Assembly: GCA_048938385.1 (NCBI GenBank)
Contig: JBHLMG010000006.1
Span: 1 to 64,000 of the forward strand
Direction: 5' to 3'
Length of the DNA stretch: 64,000 nt
DNA from: Promethearchaeota archaeon
GTDB lineage: Archaea; Asgardarchaeota; Hermodarchaeia; Hermodarchaeales; Hermodarchaeaceae
Positions 1-10,155 of this stretch are shown here, one piece after another. Position 1 is the stretch's first letter, and each line of letters opens with the position of its first letter. The position numbers and the translations under genes are program-made. The notes under the pieces are model-generated. The model saw nothing but the letters and a program-made list of their open reading frames with translations. It searched no databases and had not been told where the DNA came from.

Positions 1-168
1 ATCCCCGCTGGAAATCTGTAGCCACACCTTTCTCCCAGGCGAGTGTGCTTCCCTTTGGGGCGGCGTCGAGGCGCCGGTGAGGCGCGGGGTCGAGGCGGCG
101 GTTGATGAGCTATTTTTCTAGATGTTAGAGAGAAGGAGCTATTAACAAGATGCAGTACTGCTTAGGCT

Positions 169-981
169 ATGAGGTACGGGATTAGCATCGCTAACTTCGG
201 CGTGAGTGTTCGACCACAAGATTATGCTAGGTTAGCGCGAGGAGCCGAAGCGGTGGGCTGGGATGGCTTCTTTCTCTGGGATCACATGAATTTTGGAAGA
301 GGGAATTCCAACCTTGATCCCTGGATTGTGCTGGCAGCCATAGCGTGCAACACGGAACATATCCGGATTGGTCCGCATATCACGCCGTTACCACGTCGGC
401 GTCCACAGAAGGTGGCGCGAGAAGCTGTCACACTAGATTATCTGTCCGATGGTCGCATGATTCTCGGAGTTGGGCTTGGAGAGCCTTCTAAGACAGAGTA
501 CGCAGTATTTGGAGAACCAACTGACCTCAAAGTCCGAGCAAAAACGCTCGATGAATCCTTAGAGATTATCACATGTCTTTGGTCGGGTAAGCCTTGTAAT
601 TATGAGGGAGTATACCGAAAGGCGATGGGAGTGAGGTTTGAACCACGACCGCTTCAGAAGCCGCGAATTCCCATCTGGGTGGGGGGGAGATGGCCACGAA
701 AGGGTGCGTTTAGGCGGGCAGCCCGGTTTGACGGGGTTACACCTATCGGTGCCGGAGACCCGGCACGATTTCAGGCGATGATGGAGTATGTGAATCAGCA
801 TCGTAGAAGTAAGGGGAAGTTTGATTGGGTCTGCTACAACCCATTTTTATCAAAGCCGAAACGGAACCAGGTCGCTGCCGAATACAAAGATATTGGGGCA
901 ACATGGTTTCTCGAGTCGTGGGGAGCACTTCCTTTGGACCGTCAACTAAAAAGACTGGCGAGAGGGCCTCCAGACATCTAA
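169..981 (+). CDS. LLM-class (luciferase-like) flavin/F420-dependent oxidoreductase
   Basis: Motifs AEAVGWDGFFLWDH, DPWIVLAAIA, TLDYLSDGRMILGVGLG, PRPLQKPRIPIWVGG are typical of the luciferase-like monooxygenase family. Confidence 0.9.
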   Translation: MRYGISIANFGVSVRPQDYARLARGAEAVGWDGFFLWDHMNFGRGNSNLDPWIVLAAIACNTEHIRIGPHITPLPRRRPQKVAREAVTLDYLSDGRMILGVGLGEPSKTEYAVFGEPTDLKVRAKTLDESLEIITCLWSGKPCNYEGVYRKAMGVRFEPRPLQKPRIPIWVGGRWPRKGAFRRAARFDGVTPIGAGDPARFQAMMEYVNQHRRSKGKFDWVCYNPFLSKPKRNQVAAEYKDIGATWFLESWGALPLDRQLKRLARGPPDI

Positions 982-1293
982 CGATACGCCATAAACCTAG
1001 GAGAAGAACCAAACATCGTATTGAGAAATGAGAATTTCACGATGGAGCCTTCTGTTGAAATCTTAGAAGAGTTTGGTGTTCGTGGCAGCCCGATTCCATT
1101 ATCGGGTGGTCAGGCGCAGGGACGAGGCAGCGACCTAGTGAGTTCATAGAGCAGTAGCTACTTCTGCTACCCTTTTTTTAGTGACCTAGTCTTTAGATGA
1201 TGCATGAAAAATAATGTGGAGGAGTATTACCTATCACTATGTTCTTTTAGACAATCCTGCAGGCTAAATAATTCACTTGCAGTTTTATAGAGT

Positions 1294-1716
1294 GTGAGAA
1301 TGGGTATGGGCGCAACGCGTTCAATCAAAGCCTTTAGCTTTGTACAGATTTTGTACAGCCTTGGCATGATGCTGTGGGCTACGCAGCGGTATTTACGGAG
1401 CATCGCACCCACATCGTTGTTCCACTATTCCATCGCGTTGTTGTGGGTGGTAATTCCCGTGGATGTGTTTTCCATCGGGCTCGCCTTGATGATGTATCGA
1501 GCACCGTCACGGATGATATGGAGGATCTGGCTGGTTCGGTGGTTTTTAGGCTTCTTCTTTGGGTGCCTGCTCCTAGGCATACCACGGTTCTATGTGGGTC
1601 CGGAACCGCCTCCATCCATGCCCCCTGAGCTTCTCTGGGGGGCCATTTTCGAGCCTCTCATGAGTGTGGCATCGCTAGCGTGGCTTTACATCGACAGGAA
1701 GGCGTATCTGAAATAA
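1294..1716 (+). CDS. Hypothetical membrane protein (about 4 TM)
   Basis: 140-aa ORF with four hydrophobic segments; no recognisable motif. Confidence 0.55.
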   Translation: MRMGMGATRSIKAFSFVQILYSLGMMLWATQRYLRSIAPTSLFHYSIALLWVVIPVDVFSIGLALMMYRAPSRMIWRIWLVRWFLGFFFGCLLLGIPRFYVGPEPPPSMPPELLWGAIFEPLMSVASLAWLYIDRKAYLK

Positions 1717-1741
1717 GGTCATCGTTTTGGATAATCAAGTG

Positions 1742-2008
1742 CTACTGAATCCAGATGGTATTTTCTGGAAGCCTACTGAGCTGCAAGCGTTTCTGGAGTC
1801 CCAAGGTTTGAAAACATTTGGATTGTAAGCCTGTGAGGGAATTTCAACGCATCTGAGGAAAGAGACGAATCAGTTAGCGAAGGATGAAAAATCCTGGTCC
1901 AAGTGGATAGAACTAGTTCTACGCTACTCTGGGGAGCCGTCAATCATTGGAGCAAGCGAGCACTTCCTGTGGATTGGCGAAAATCAACAAATCACAGACC
2001 TCGAGTAA
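1742..2008 (+). pseudogene. C-terminal remnant of a class I SAM-dependent methyltransferase with internal TAA
   Basis: Manual translation: FWKPTELQAFLESQGLKTFGL*ACEGISTHLRKETNQLAKDEKSWSKWIELVLRYSGEPSIIGASEHFLWIGE. This resembles a methyltransferase C-terminus (..CEG..EPSI.G.SEH.L.IG). Stop at 1826-1828; N-terminus absent. Confidence 0.55.
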
Positions 2009-2068
2009 AAACAAGTAGAGAAAAGTCAGATGTTGTATTGTGGAATAATGTTGGATTTTACTGGGAAT

Positions 2069-2887
2069 CTAAAGGCGGACGCTACACCCTTTTGATTTGA
2101 GTGAGGTAACCCAGCCTTCATGGATGTGTAATAATTTTAGTTTTGAATTGTTTTCAAGGCGGAGAACTTTCAGTGAGGTAAGTCTAGTTAGACTAAGGGG
2201 GAGGGTCGTGAGCTGGTTTGTGTGGAGCGAAAGGAGTTCAAGGTTGACGAGACGGCCTAAAGTATCAGGTAACGAGTTGAGCTGATTGTCGTGAAAGACT
2301 AATCGTTTGAGCTGGATTAATTCACCAATGGTATCAGGAATCGAAGTTAGTTGATTGTTCGAGGCGATGAGATCCCATAAGTTATTGAGTTGACCAATGG
2401 TGCCTGGAAGGGATTCTAACTGCACATTGAGTAGCCCAAGTCGTTCTAGCGAGCGAAGTTGCCCTATACTTTTAGGAAGTTCAGGGAAACAGTTGCGAGA
2501 AAGGTCTAGGCGTTGGAGTTGCCCTAGCTCACCGATACTTGTAGGGAGGGTAGAGATGCGGTTGTTGAAGACATCGAGATTTTTAAGATTTTCAAGTGCC
2601 CCGATAGTGGTGGGGAGCGTAGTGAGTTGATTGTCACGAACATAGAATCTCTCCAGGTGTGTCAGGGCTTGTATTGAGTCAGGGAGTGTATCAAGCCCTC
2701 GCTTGTGAAGGCTGAGTCCAATAACATGGTGGTGTGAATGTACAAAGCCTGCTTTGTAGAAGCCAATTCCGCCTGGTGGAATAGGTTCACCTGTCATTTC
2801 CTCAATCTCTTGGAGCACAGCAGCTTCTTTTTCAATCAGTTGGATTCCCAGATAAGCACAGATTTCCCCTTTCTCCACATAACTCAA
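2069..2887 (-). CDS. Leucine-rich repeat protein
   Basis: About 8 tandem 23-aa LRRs (LxxLxLxxNxLxxLPxxIGxL). Confidence 0.93.
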   Translation of the reverse strand: MSYVEKGEICAYLGIQLIEKEAAVLQEIEEMTGEPIPPGGIGFYKAGFVHSHHHVIGLSLHKRGLDTLPDSIQALTHLERFYVRDNQLTTLPTTIGALENLKNLDVFNNRISTLPTSIGELGQLQRLDLSRNCFPELPKSIGQLRSLERLGLLNVQLESLPGTIGQLNNLWDLIASNNQLTSIPDTIGELIQLKRLVFHDNQLNSLPDTLGRLVNLELLSLHTNQLTTLPLSLTRLTSLKVLRLENNSKLKLLHIHEGWVTSLKSKGCSVRL

Positions 2888-2898
2888 CTCGTATGGTC

Positions 2899-3540
2899 TT
2901 AATCAGAGCCGTTATCTTTCGCCTTGCTCACTGCTCGAATTCGGGGAAAGAATCGTCCAGTTTGGCGTTGGTAGACACGATATTGGTCGCCAAACTGGTT
3001 GAGTAACATTTGCTCTTCTTGTTTAGAGTTAGGATAAAACATGATAATGAGCAAGAATCCAAAGATTGTGACAAAGAGGTTGCTTGCGACTAGGACCATA
3101 CTGAGCGTGAAAAGAATGAAGACTGTGTACATGGGATGGCGAATCCGGGAGTAGGGTCCAGTAGTGATGAGCTGATGTTCTTTTTTGATCGCTAACTCGG
3201 GGGCATAGAAGCGTCCAAGCGTTCGGTGGATCCATACGAGGAAAGGAACGGTACTGAACCCAAGAATAACACCAACCCACCTAACTAGCGAGGGGAAGGG
3301 TAAAGGAAACCAGAGAATCCAAAGTGGCATAAGGGTATACACAATCACCGAACCAAGCATGCCCAAGATACTTATAGAAATAAGGATTTGCACCCACCCG
3401 AATTTTTCCCTACTCTCCGTTGGAAGTTTATCTTCAGGGCGTTTTGGTCGTGCGGTTTTTCGTCGATAAAAAATACGTACAAAGGCAAACACAATCCACA
3501 TCGCCACTATGAGGACACGAAATAGTAGCTCCTCTAACAT
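2899..3540 (-). CDS. Isoprenylcysteine carboxylmethyltransferase (ICMT/Ste14) family membrane protein
   Basis: HQLITTGPYSRIRHPMY and EEQMLLNQFGDQYRVYQRQTGRFFP motifs; several TM helices. Confidence 0.9.
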   Translation of the reverse strand: MLEELLFRVLIVAMWIVFAFVRIFYRRKTARPKRPEDKLPTESREKFGWVQILISISILGMLGSVIVYTLMPLWILWFPLPFPSLVRWVGVILGFSTVPFLVWIHRTLGRFYAPELAIKKEHQLITTGPYSRIRHPMYTVFILFTLSMVLVASNLFVTIFGFLLIIMFYPNSKQEEQMLLNQFGDQYRVYQRQTGRFFPRIRAVSKAKDNGSD

Positions 3541-3646
3541 TAAGCGTCACCTTCACTCAAATGAAGCTTTAAGAACAATTTCCTCTAACATTACAATAAA
3601 TTCTTTTGGAGAAGGCAACAAAGACCGAATGGATCGATGATAAGCA

Positions 3647-4114
3647 ATGTTAGCAAATATTGGAAGATATCAAGTCTGGGCAGGAAATGTGATACGCCAA
3701 CCCATTGACCAATTAACTGAAAAAGAATTTTCACATGACTTCGATCATCAGAGTGTGAAATCTGTAACACAGCATATCGTCCTAGCCTTAGAAACCTGCT
3801 TCTTCATCGCAGACAAAAGTCACGATGAGAGCGTCTTTGAACGAGCATTGAAAGCCTCGAAGGATCAACTTCTTTCGCGGTGGAGTACCCTTGATAAACG
3901 GCTACAGCAAGTCCTGAGTAAGGTTCCAAAAGGTCGAATTACTGTTCCTCACATTTCTGAGAAACCCTTCGATACTTCTACTGCTGACTTTTACCTTCAG
4001 TATGTAATGCACACGACTCACCATCGAGGACAACTGGCTACAATTCTTCGCAAGCTAGGTCAAGATGTTCCAGGTACTGATTATTTGATGTTCCTTGCTA
4101 GTCGACGAGACTAA
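3647..4114 (+). CDS. DinB/YfiT family protein
   Basis: His triad: QH near the N-terminus and HTTHHRGQL near the C-terminus. Confidence 0.85.
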   Translation: MLANIGRYQVWAGNVIRQPIDQLTEKEFSHDFDHQSVKSVTQHIVLALETCFFIADKSHDESVFERALKASKDQLLSRWSTLDKRLQQVLSKVPKGRITVPHISEKPFDTSTADFYLQYVMHTTHHRGQLATILRKLGQDVPGTDYLMFLASRRD

Positions 4115-4157
4115 TCTTATTCCCTTCGTAAATTTACTACTAATGGTAGGTGTTACT

Positions 4158-4961
4158 TTACTTCTGATTTGAGAGCTTTTTACTTACGAGAAGAAACCGA
4201 TGTTCACGAATGTCTATGAAGCCTTCCTCTTGGATTCGCACATGCAACTTGAAAAGGGCTTGATGATATTTCTCAACAGAGAAATCGGAAACAACCCAAG
4301 GAATAGCTTTGAGATAATACACGATTGCACCAATGTCATAGAAGCGTAACGAGGGGAACGCCTCCATGGTTTTTATAATCGCAAACTGTGCGTTTTGGAG
4401 TTCTTCTGCTGCGTAGTCAGCATTCCAGGGAGTTATGTCATCTTTGGCTTTGGTTCCAAGTAGCCGATTGATTTTGATGTCGTTTTGTTCACCTACTTGT
4501 TGAGTGATGAAGAATCCGCTAGGTTTGAGGAGGCGAAAAACCTCATTAACATTATATGATTCATGACGGTTAACGATCAGATCAAATTCTTCATCGTGAA
4601 ATGGAAGCTTAGTGTCGTTTTCAAATGCGAAGACATCGATTCCGAGCGGCTTGAGTTTGGTTCGGGCTTTAGGGATGTTTGGTGGATAGCTTTCGGTGGC
4701 ACAGGTATGTGGGGGAAAGGGGTGAAGAAACGAGAGGAATTCGCCACCTCCGGTTCCCATATCGAGGAGAGCCTTTGCTCTTCGAATATATGGGATTATT
4801 GTGCTGGCGTAGCTCCAAGGGAGTGGTTCTGATTGCCACCGTCCGGTTTGAGAAAGATAGGAGAAATCCCATCCAGAGAAAGGGGGAATTGCTTCTTTCA
4901 AAAAGAGTTGAAAGAGATTGGCTTCTAGGTATGGCATAAGATCAGTGCTCCTTATCGCCAT
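4158..4961 (-). CDS. Class I SAM-dependent methyltransferase
   Basis: LLDMGTGGGE motif I, LPFHDEEFDLIVNRH, RLLKPSGFFITQQVG. Confidence 0.9.
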   Translation of the reverse strand: MAIRSTDLMPYLEANLFQLFLKEAIPPFSGWDFSYLSQTGRWQSEPLPWSYASTIIPYIRRAKALLDMGTGGGEFLSFLHPFPPHTCATESYPPNIPKARTKLKPLGIDVFAFENDTKLPFHDEEFDLIVNRHESYNVNEVFRLLKPSGFFITQQVGEQNDIKINRLLGTKAKDDITPWNADYAAEELQNAQFAIIKTMEAFPSLRFYDIGAIVYYLKAIPWVVSDFSVEKYHQALFKLHVRIQEEGFIDIREHRFLLVSKKLSNQK

Positions 4962-5000
4962 GGTTTGTTCGTTCCATATGAGGCTCTTGCTCTTGTCTCC

Positions 5001-5960
5001 TCAATGTTGATAAAGGCGTTGGCTGTTCTGCCAATACAAATTGGTAAGAACATGATTCGGGAGATTCAACCCATGGATGAAGGTGCCACCTGTAGCCGCG
5101 GTATCACGATCAGGAAAAGGTAGTGGGACATGTTCTTCATCAGTCTCCCAAAGAATACGTTGCGCTATGAAACGACCCTTATATGGGGAGAAAGGGGAGT
5201 CGGTTTTTTGAATTTGTGAAGCATTCAAGGTGGCATCGGTCCCGAACAGAACGCGCTTTGAGTATCGAACAAGGAATTTTCGGGTGGTATCTGGGTCTTT
5301 GCTTAGTTCTCGCGCCATCCAACGAGAAGAAGCGGTATCGACAACGATATTCTCGTATTTATCAAACCATTCCGCAAGGTGATCGAGCCTGTGGACCTCA
5401 GGCTGCGCAGCAAAGTGGGCAAGCTGAAATTGGAGGTCAGGATGATTCTGAATCAGAACTTCTAGCTCGTGGAGGTGTTCTTCCTTGGTACCGTATTTCT
5501 TCGAATCTGAATACGCAGTAGCATAGTAGGTGTCAGGGTCAGCAACATGGAGAAGCAAAGGAAATCCATTATCTGCTAGTGCGTTGAATACGGGATCAAG
5601 TCGCTGGTCTGTAAGATGAAACGGTCCGGTAAGGTTTTTCAAATAGTTACGCCAACCAGGAGCAGCCCACATTTTAGCGAGCGAAAATCCATTAGAGCGC
5701 ATCCGTTCAATATCTGCAAGAACCTGGTCGATCTCTAAACTAATGATTTGCTGAGTTGAAAGATACTTCGCAAATATGAATTTACCAGGAAATTGATCCT
5801 CGACGAAATCACGAATCTCTGATGAATGCGCGATGATCAGTTGTGACTCTATCCCTAACTGAGTCTGTTCGTTGACGATGTCATTGAAGTGCGTAGTATT
5901 CCATACATGTGTGTGCGCATCAAAAATAGGCCCTTTGTATTTCCAGTGATAATCATACAA
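5001..5960 (-). CDS. Amidohydrolase family protein (Amidohydro_2-like)
   Basis: DAHTH metal motif, LLHVADP, LAHF, RVLFGTD. Confidence 0.85.
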   Translation of the reverse strand: MYDYHWKYKGPIFDAHTHVWNTTHFNDIVNEQTQLGIESQLIIAHSSEIRDFVEDQFPGKFIFAKYLSTQQIISLEIDQVLADIERMRSNGFSLAKMWAAPGWRNYLKNLTGPFHLTDQRLDPVFNALADNGFPLLLHVADPDTYYATAYSDSKKYGTKEEHLHELEVLIQNHPDLQFQLAHFAAQPEVHRLDHLAEWFDKYENIVVDTASSRWMARELSKDPDTTRKFLVRYSKRVLFGTDATLNASQIQKTDSPFSPYKGRFIAQRILWETDEEHVPLPFPDRDTAATGGTFIHGLNLPNHVLTNLYWQNSQRLYQH

Positions 5961-6186
5961 TGATTAGTACATCCTTCAAGGTATCGAGCAGATTGCTTCA
6001 GTCGGGGAACTGCAGTTATAACAATTACCCTAGTTGGGAATATTTACCCATCCGAGTTTTTCGATAAAAGTTATGTTACTCTACAAAAAAGTGAATTGCG
6101 TGTATGTAAAAGACCAGAGGTAAACTAGATCCTTTACAGAGTAAGCCGTTTCTATTTGATATACCAAGGTGTTCGCACTAGGGGAG

Positions 6187-6218
6187 GTTCGGTTCCATTT
6201 CGTTAATGGAACCTGAAC
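6187..6218. terminator. Stable hairpin downstream of 6254..7066(-); possible terminator or processing element
   Basis: GTTC-GGTTCCATT / 5-nt loop / AATGGAACC-T-GAAC, a 13-bp stem with one bulge. Confidence 0.35.
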
Positions 6219-6253
6219 TCGTGAAGGCAGAAGTCTCGTTGAAAGATCGCTGA

Positions 6254-7066
6254 TTATTTGGGACCACAGTAGTAGTCAACGAAGCCAGTCTTCTTTATGA
6301 AGGGAATGAGGATGAGAGCCAGGATCCCGATAACAACCACACTGATCGCAGTATAAGAGATGATAGGGATGAGGAAGTGTTTCACTGCAATGCCAATGGA
6401 GGCCCAAACCACGACTAGACCAAAGCCAAATTCCCGACGCAGGTAAGTCATCAGAAGGGTTAAGACGAGAGCGATAACGAGCATGACAGCGGTGCCAATC
6501 CACTGCGTGGGATCTGGGATTCCGGGAATGAGTATATTGAGAGCCGAGGCAATTCCTGCGATGGATGCGACTGATAACCAGGCTAGATAGACGCTGACAT
6601 GGAGGTGAACAGCCAGTCTTTGACTTCGGGATACAGCGGTTTTCCCGATTCCTAATCGAACATATGTGAGGAGGAGGAGCAGAAAGACGAGGAGCAAAAG
6701 GATTGTTGCGCCGTAAAGAAATGGTGGATTGATAGGATTAGCAGAATAGTGGAATACGAAGATCCATGCTATGTTGGCAAGGCCGGCGAGGAAGTAGAAG
6801 ATGTTGATCTGAGCTAGATAAGGGGCGGTGCGTTGACTGGAGCGTACTTGGTAAATCATGAAGATTATCGCTTGTATGTAAATGATGAACCAGATAGCGA
6901 ACACATAGCCTGCGGGGGTAAAGAAGTTCGGATACGAATCTGAGACTGCACCTGTGGTGATGCCGTTGATGGGGAGGATATTTGCTAGAGCATTTACTAG
7001 AATGACAGCGATGACTGTAATCACATTCAGAATTTGAAGGACTAAAGGATTGAGTTTCATCGACAT
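6254..7066 (-). CDS. Multi-pass membrane protein, TspO/tryptophan-rich sensory protein-like
   Basis: NALANILPING..TGAVSDSYPNFFTPAGYVFAIW, SVYLAWLSVASI; about 8 TM. Confidence 0.7.
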   Translation of the reverse strand: MSMKLNPLVLQILNVITVIAVILVNALANILPINGITTGAVSDSYPNFFTPAGYVFAIWFIIYIQAIIFMIYQVRSSQRTAPYLAQINIFYFLAGLANIAWIFVFHYSANPINPPFLYGATILLLLVFLLLLLTYVRLGIGKTAVSRSQRLAVHLHVSVYLAWLSVASIAGIASALNILIPGIPDPTQWIGTAVMLVIALVLTLLMTYLRREFGFGLVVVWASIGIAVKHFLIPIISYTAISVVVIGILALILIPFIKKTGFVDYYCGPK

Positions 7067-7210
7067 GCTCTATGGGTCCGTTCTTGTTTCTTAAATGCCT
7101 TCTCGTTTATTGACTATGCCCTCTTTTTGCTTGAAGGGAAATGCCCATACGATTAGCCTTATACCCAACTCACCGAAATTTTAGAAAAAACTTCAGTGGT
7201 GTAAAAATCA

Positions 7211-8569
7211 GTGAAGGGTAAATCGCCATTATTCTTTCTCTTAGGGCTTTTATGCATCCTGCTATTCTGCAGCCAGCCAGTTGCATACCGAGGAGCTGCT
7301 CAGCTTGCGGTGGGCTCAGATATCCTCTGGCATAAAACCTTTGGCGGTATTAACGCGGATTCCGGTTACGATATCGTCGAGTGTCAAGAAGGGGGATATG
7401 CCATTGTAGGAGGAACGATGAGTTGGGGTGAAGGAGAAACTGATGCAATCATTATTCGCACTGATGCAGATGGGAATGAGCTGTGGAACCAAACATACGG
7501 TAGTGAGGGTAGTGATGGTGCCTTAGCTATCATCGAATGCTCGAACGGCGGGTTTGCCTTTACAGGATATACACGGAATGGTACACTTGGGCGTCACAAC
7601 CTATGGTTTGTGCGAACAGACGCAGATGGCAATGTACTCTGGGAACGCATATACGGCGGCGTTGACAACGATCAGGGGTTTGCACTCATCGAAGTAAGCA
7701 ACGGCGGATTTGCCGTAGCAGGAATAACACGAAGCTTTGGGTCTGTCGATCCCCTTACGCAAATTCGCACCTTTGACATCTGGCTCCTACGAACCGATCC
7801 ACAGGGGATTATGCTTTGGAATCGCACTTACGGAGGTACAGCGGATGACATTAGTCATTCTTTGCTTGAAGTACCAGAGGGCGGATTTGCTATTTCAGGC
7901 GAGTTCAACAGTAGCTACCAATCCATTGGGGGAGGACCGTTAATTGAGTACCATCCTGACGCCTTCATTATTCGAACCAACGCTAACGGTGAAACTCTAT
8001 GGAGTCAAACTTATGGAGGCGATGCAAACGATTTCTCCCGGTCTCTCATACTCTTAGAAGACGGGAGTTTTGCCTTAGCTGGTTTCGCGAATAGCCAAGC
8101 AGATGAACCTTACGATGGCATTTTTATTCGGACTAACAGCAGCGGGTATGGGATATACCAAACCACTCATGGGAGTCTAAAGGATGATTTCTTTCAGACA
8201 ACTATTGCTTGCGGCAGCTCAGGTTTTGCCTTAGCAGGTTATACTTACCTAACTGATTCAGCGGACCTTTGGCTAATCAGAACAGATGCCCTGGGAAATC
8301 CTCAGTGGGTTCGCATGTTTGGGGGTCCTGATGATGACCTGATTCGAGCAGGAATCCGATGTCAAGAGGGATTTGTGCTCACCGGGTATACTTTCAGTTT
8401 TGGAGCAGGAAGCCGCGATATTTGGCTTGTAAAAATTAGTGATTTGCCCCCCTCTGTGAATTTAGTGGTAGTAGGTTGTTCGCTTGTGATAGTTGTCACT
8501 GTGGTGGCTATTAGCGCTTTTATCGGCACCCATATAGTAAGGCGTCGTCGACAAGAATCGTCAACCTAA
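7211..8569 (+). CDS. Secreted, C-terminally anchored beta-propeller-like repeat protein
   Basis: N-terminal signal peptide; about 7 repeats of W..T[YF]GG...D.......GGFA..G.T....D.W..RTD..G; C-terminal TM followed by RRRR. Confidence 0.8.
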   Translation: MKGKSPLFFLLGLLCILLFCSQPVAYRGAAQLAVGSDILWHKTFGGINADSGYDIVECQEGGYAIVGGTMSWGEGETDAIIIRTDADGNELWNQTYGSEGSDGALAIIECSNGGFAFTGYTRNGTLGRHNLWFVRTDADGNVLWERIYGGVDNDQGFALIEVSNGGFAVAGITRSFGSVDPLTQIRTFDIWLLRTDPQGIMLWNRTYGGTADDISHSLLEVPEGGFAISGEFNSSYQSIGGGPLIEYHPDAFIIRTNANGETLWSQTYGGDANDFSRSLILLEDGSFALAGFANSQADEPYDGIFIRTNSSGYGIYQTTHGSLKDDFFQTTIACGSSGFALAGYTYLTDSADLWLIRTDALGNPQWVRMFGGPDDDLIRAGIRCQEGFVLTGYTFSFGAGSRDIWLVKISDLPPSVNLVVVGCSLVIVVTVVAISAFIGTHIVRRRRQESST

Positions 8570-8648
8570 TTGAAATAGGTCCCCTCTTTGAATCGCTTAC
8601 AAATAGCGTTTTCTTGTTAGGGAAGTCGCGACTATGTTAAAATGCTAG

Positions 8649-10001
8649 CTACCAGTTCCCCATTTCATCCATGATAACGGCTATTCGTTTTATGGCTTTT
8701 GTGAAGTTCGCGATGGTGATGCTCTCGTTGGGGGAATGCGCTCGTGAATTATGGTCGCCTACACCAATTGAAACCATGGGAACATGGTCCTTGAATAAAT
8801 GTAGGGGACCGGAGCCCGGACATGTGGGATGGATTCGTAAAGGATGATTGAACACAACCTGGTTGGCTTTTTCAACGATTTTTACAAAGGGATGATCAAT
8901 GGGGGTTTTAGCAGCGGGATAGCCTTCATACCAGGCAATTTGCACTTCCTCAAATCCGTTCATATCAAGATGGCGTCGGAGCTTTTGAATGATTTCGCTA
9001 GGTTGTTGGTTTTCAACCAACCTGAAGTCGATCTTCGCAGAAGCTTTTGCTGGAAGGACTGTCATAGAGCCTTCTCCTTGGTAGCCACTGGTTAAGCCAT
9101 CGATACTAAGGCTTGGTAGGTAATAATAGGCTTCTCGAAGGGCTTCACCTTCGTAGTTATTAACAAACGCTTTGATGCCGTAGAAATTTTGTCGAGCCTC
9201 TTCTTCAAAATCAATCTGACCAATGAATTCGCGTTCGCTGTTGCTCATGGGGATTACATTATCATAGAACCCTTCAATTTGGATTCGTTCATTGGCATCT
9301 TTGAGGGTACTCAATGCCCAGATGAGTTGAAAAGGAGCGGAGGGTAGGATTGCAGCATTACTCGAATGGGCATTGTGTGATAATTGCTCAATCTCTAATT
9401 GAACATAGAGTATGCCTTTCAGTCCTAGCCAAGCTTCTTGGATTCCATCAAATCCTGCACTCCCAAACTCCCAAATACCTCCATCAGCTTTGAGAAACGG
9501 TGTGTTGTTTTTAGTATAATCTACAAGGTTGGGGCTACTGATTTCTTCTTCACCCTCCACAACGAATTTCACATTAACAGGTACCTCAACTCCAGCATCA
9601 CGAAACGCTCGGATGGCCCAGACTCGTGAGACTAAATCACCCTTGTTATCAGCAGCTCCACGGGCATAGAGCCTCCCTTCACGGATTGTGGGTTCAAAGG
9701 GTGGCGAGTCCCATAAGTCAAAGGGTTCCGCAGGTTGTACATCGTAGTGGTCATAAAAGAGGAGTGTACGGTTTGCACCAACATCGAGATGCCCGGTGAC
9801 TACAGGTGAGCCTGATGTGGGGTGTAGTTCTGTGACGAATCCTGCGTAATCAAGCATTTTTTGAACCAAGTTCGCAGTCTCTTCGATGCCTTGCCTTTTT
9901 GCAGCAACAGTTGGAACTCGGCACAGCGTCTTGACATCGTCTATGGCCCTATCAAGGGATTGATCGATTTTTTCTAACACAAGGTCCAGCATAATCCTCA
10001 A
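8649..10001 (-). CDS. M20/M25/M40 family metallopeptidase/deacylase
   Basis: HYDVQP, LYARGAADNKG, VEGEEEISS, AHSPNE motifs. Confidence 0.92.
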   Translation of the reverse strand: MRIMLDLVLEKIDQSLDRAIDDVKTLCRVPTVAAKRQGIEETANLVQKMLDYAGFVTELHPTSGSPVVTGHLDVGANRTLLFYDHYDVQPAEPFDLWDSPPFEPTIREGRLYARGAADNKGDLVSRVWAIRAFRDAGVEVPVNVKFVVEGEEEISSPNLVDYTKNNTPFLKADGGIWEFGSAGFDGIQEAWLGLKGILYVQLEIEQLSHNAHSSNAAILPSAPFQLIWALSTLKDANERIQIEGFYDNVIPMSNSEREFIGQIDFEEEARQNFYGIKAFVNNYEGEALREAYYYLPSLSIDGLTSGYQGEGSMTVLPAKASAKIDFRLVENQQPSEIIQKLRRHLDMNGFEEVQIAWYEGYPAAKTPIDHPFVKIVEKANQVVFNHPLRIHPTCPGSGPLHLFKDHVPMVSIGVGDHNSRAHSPNESITIANFTKAIKRIAVIMDEMGNW

Positions 10002-10155
10002 CTCGTAAAGGACAGGGTCTTGTCTAATAAATAAGAAGTATTCCTGCTATTTGAGCCATCATTTTTCGTTGCGCAGCCATCAGACTTTTTTACTTGGGGG
10101 TTAACTCGACAGGTCCTAAATGCTTTGAAGACCTTCACTCCATCGGAGGAATTCA

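Noticed and set aside
1-121. GC-rich start with an imperfect direct repeat (GTCGAGGCGCCGGT / GTCGAGGCGGCGGT) and an open plus-strand frame ending at TAG 119-121
   Set aside because: Truncated by the window edge. No SRP, RNase P or tRNA motif was found and no translation is recognisable.
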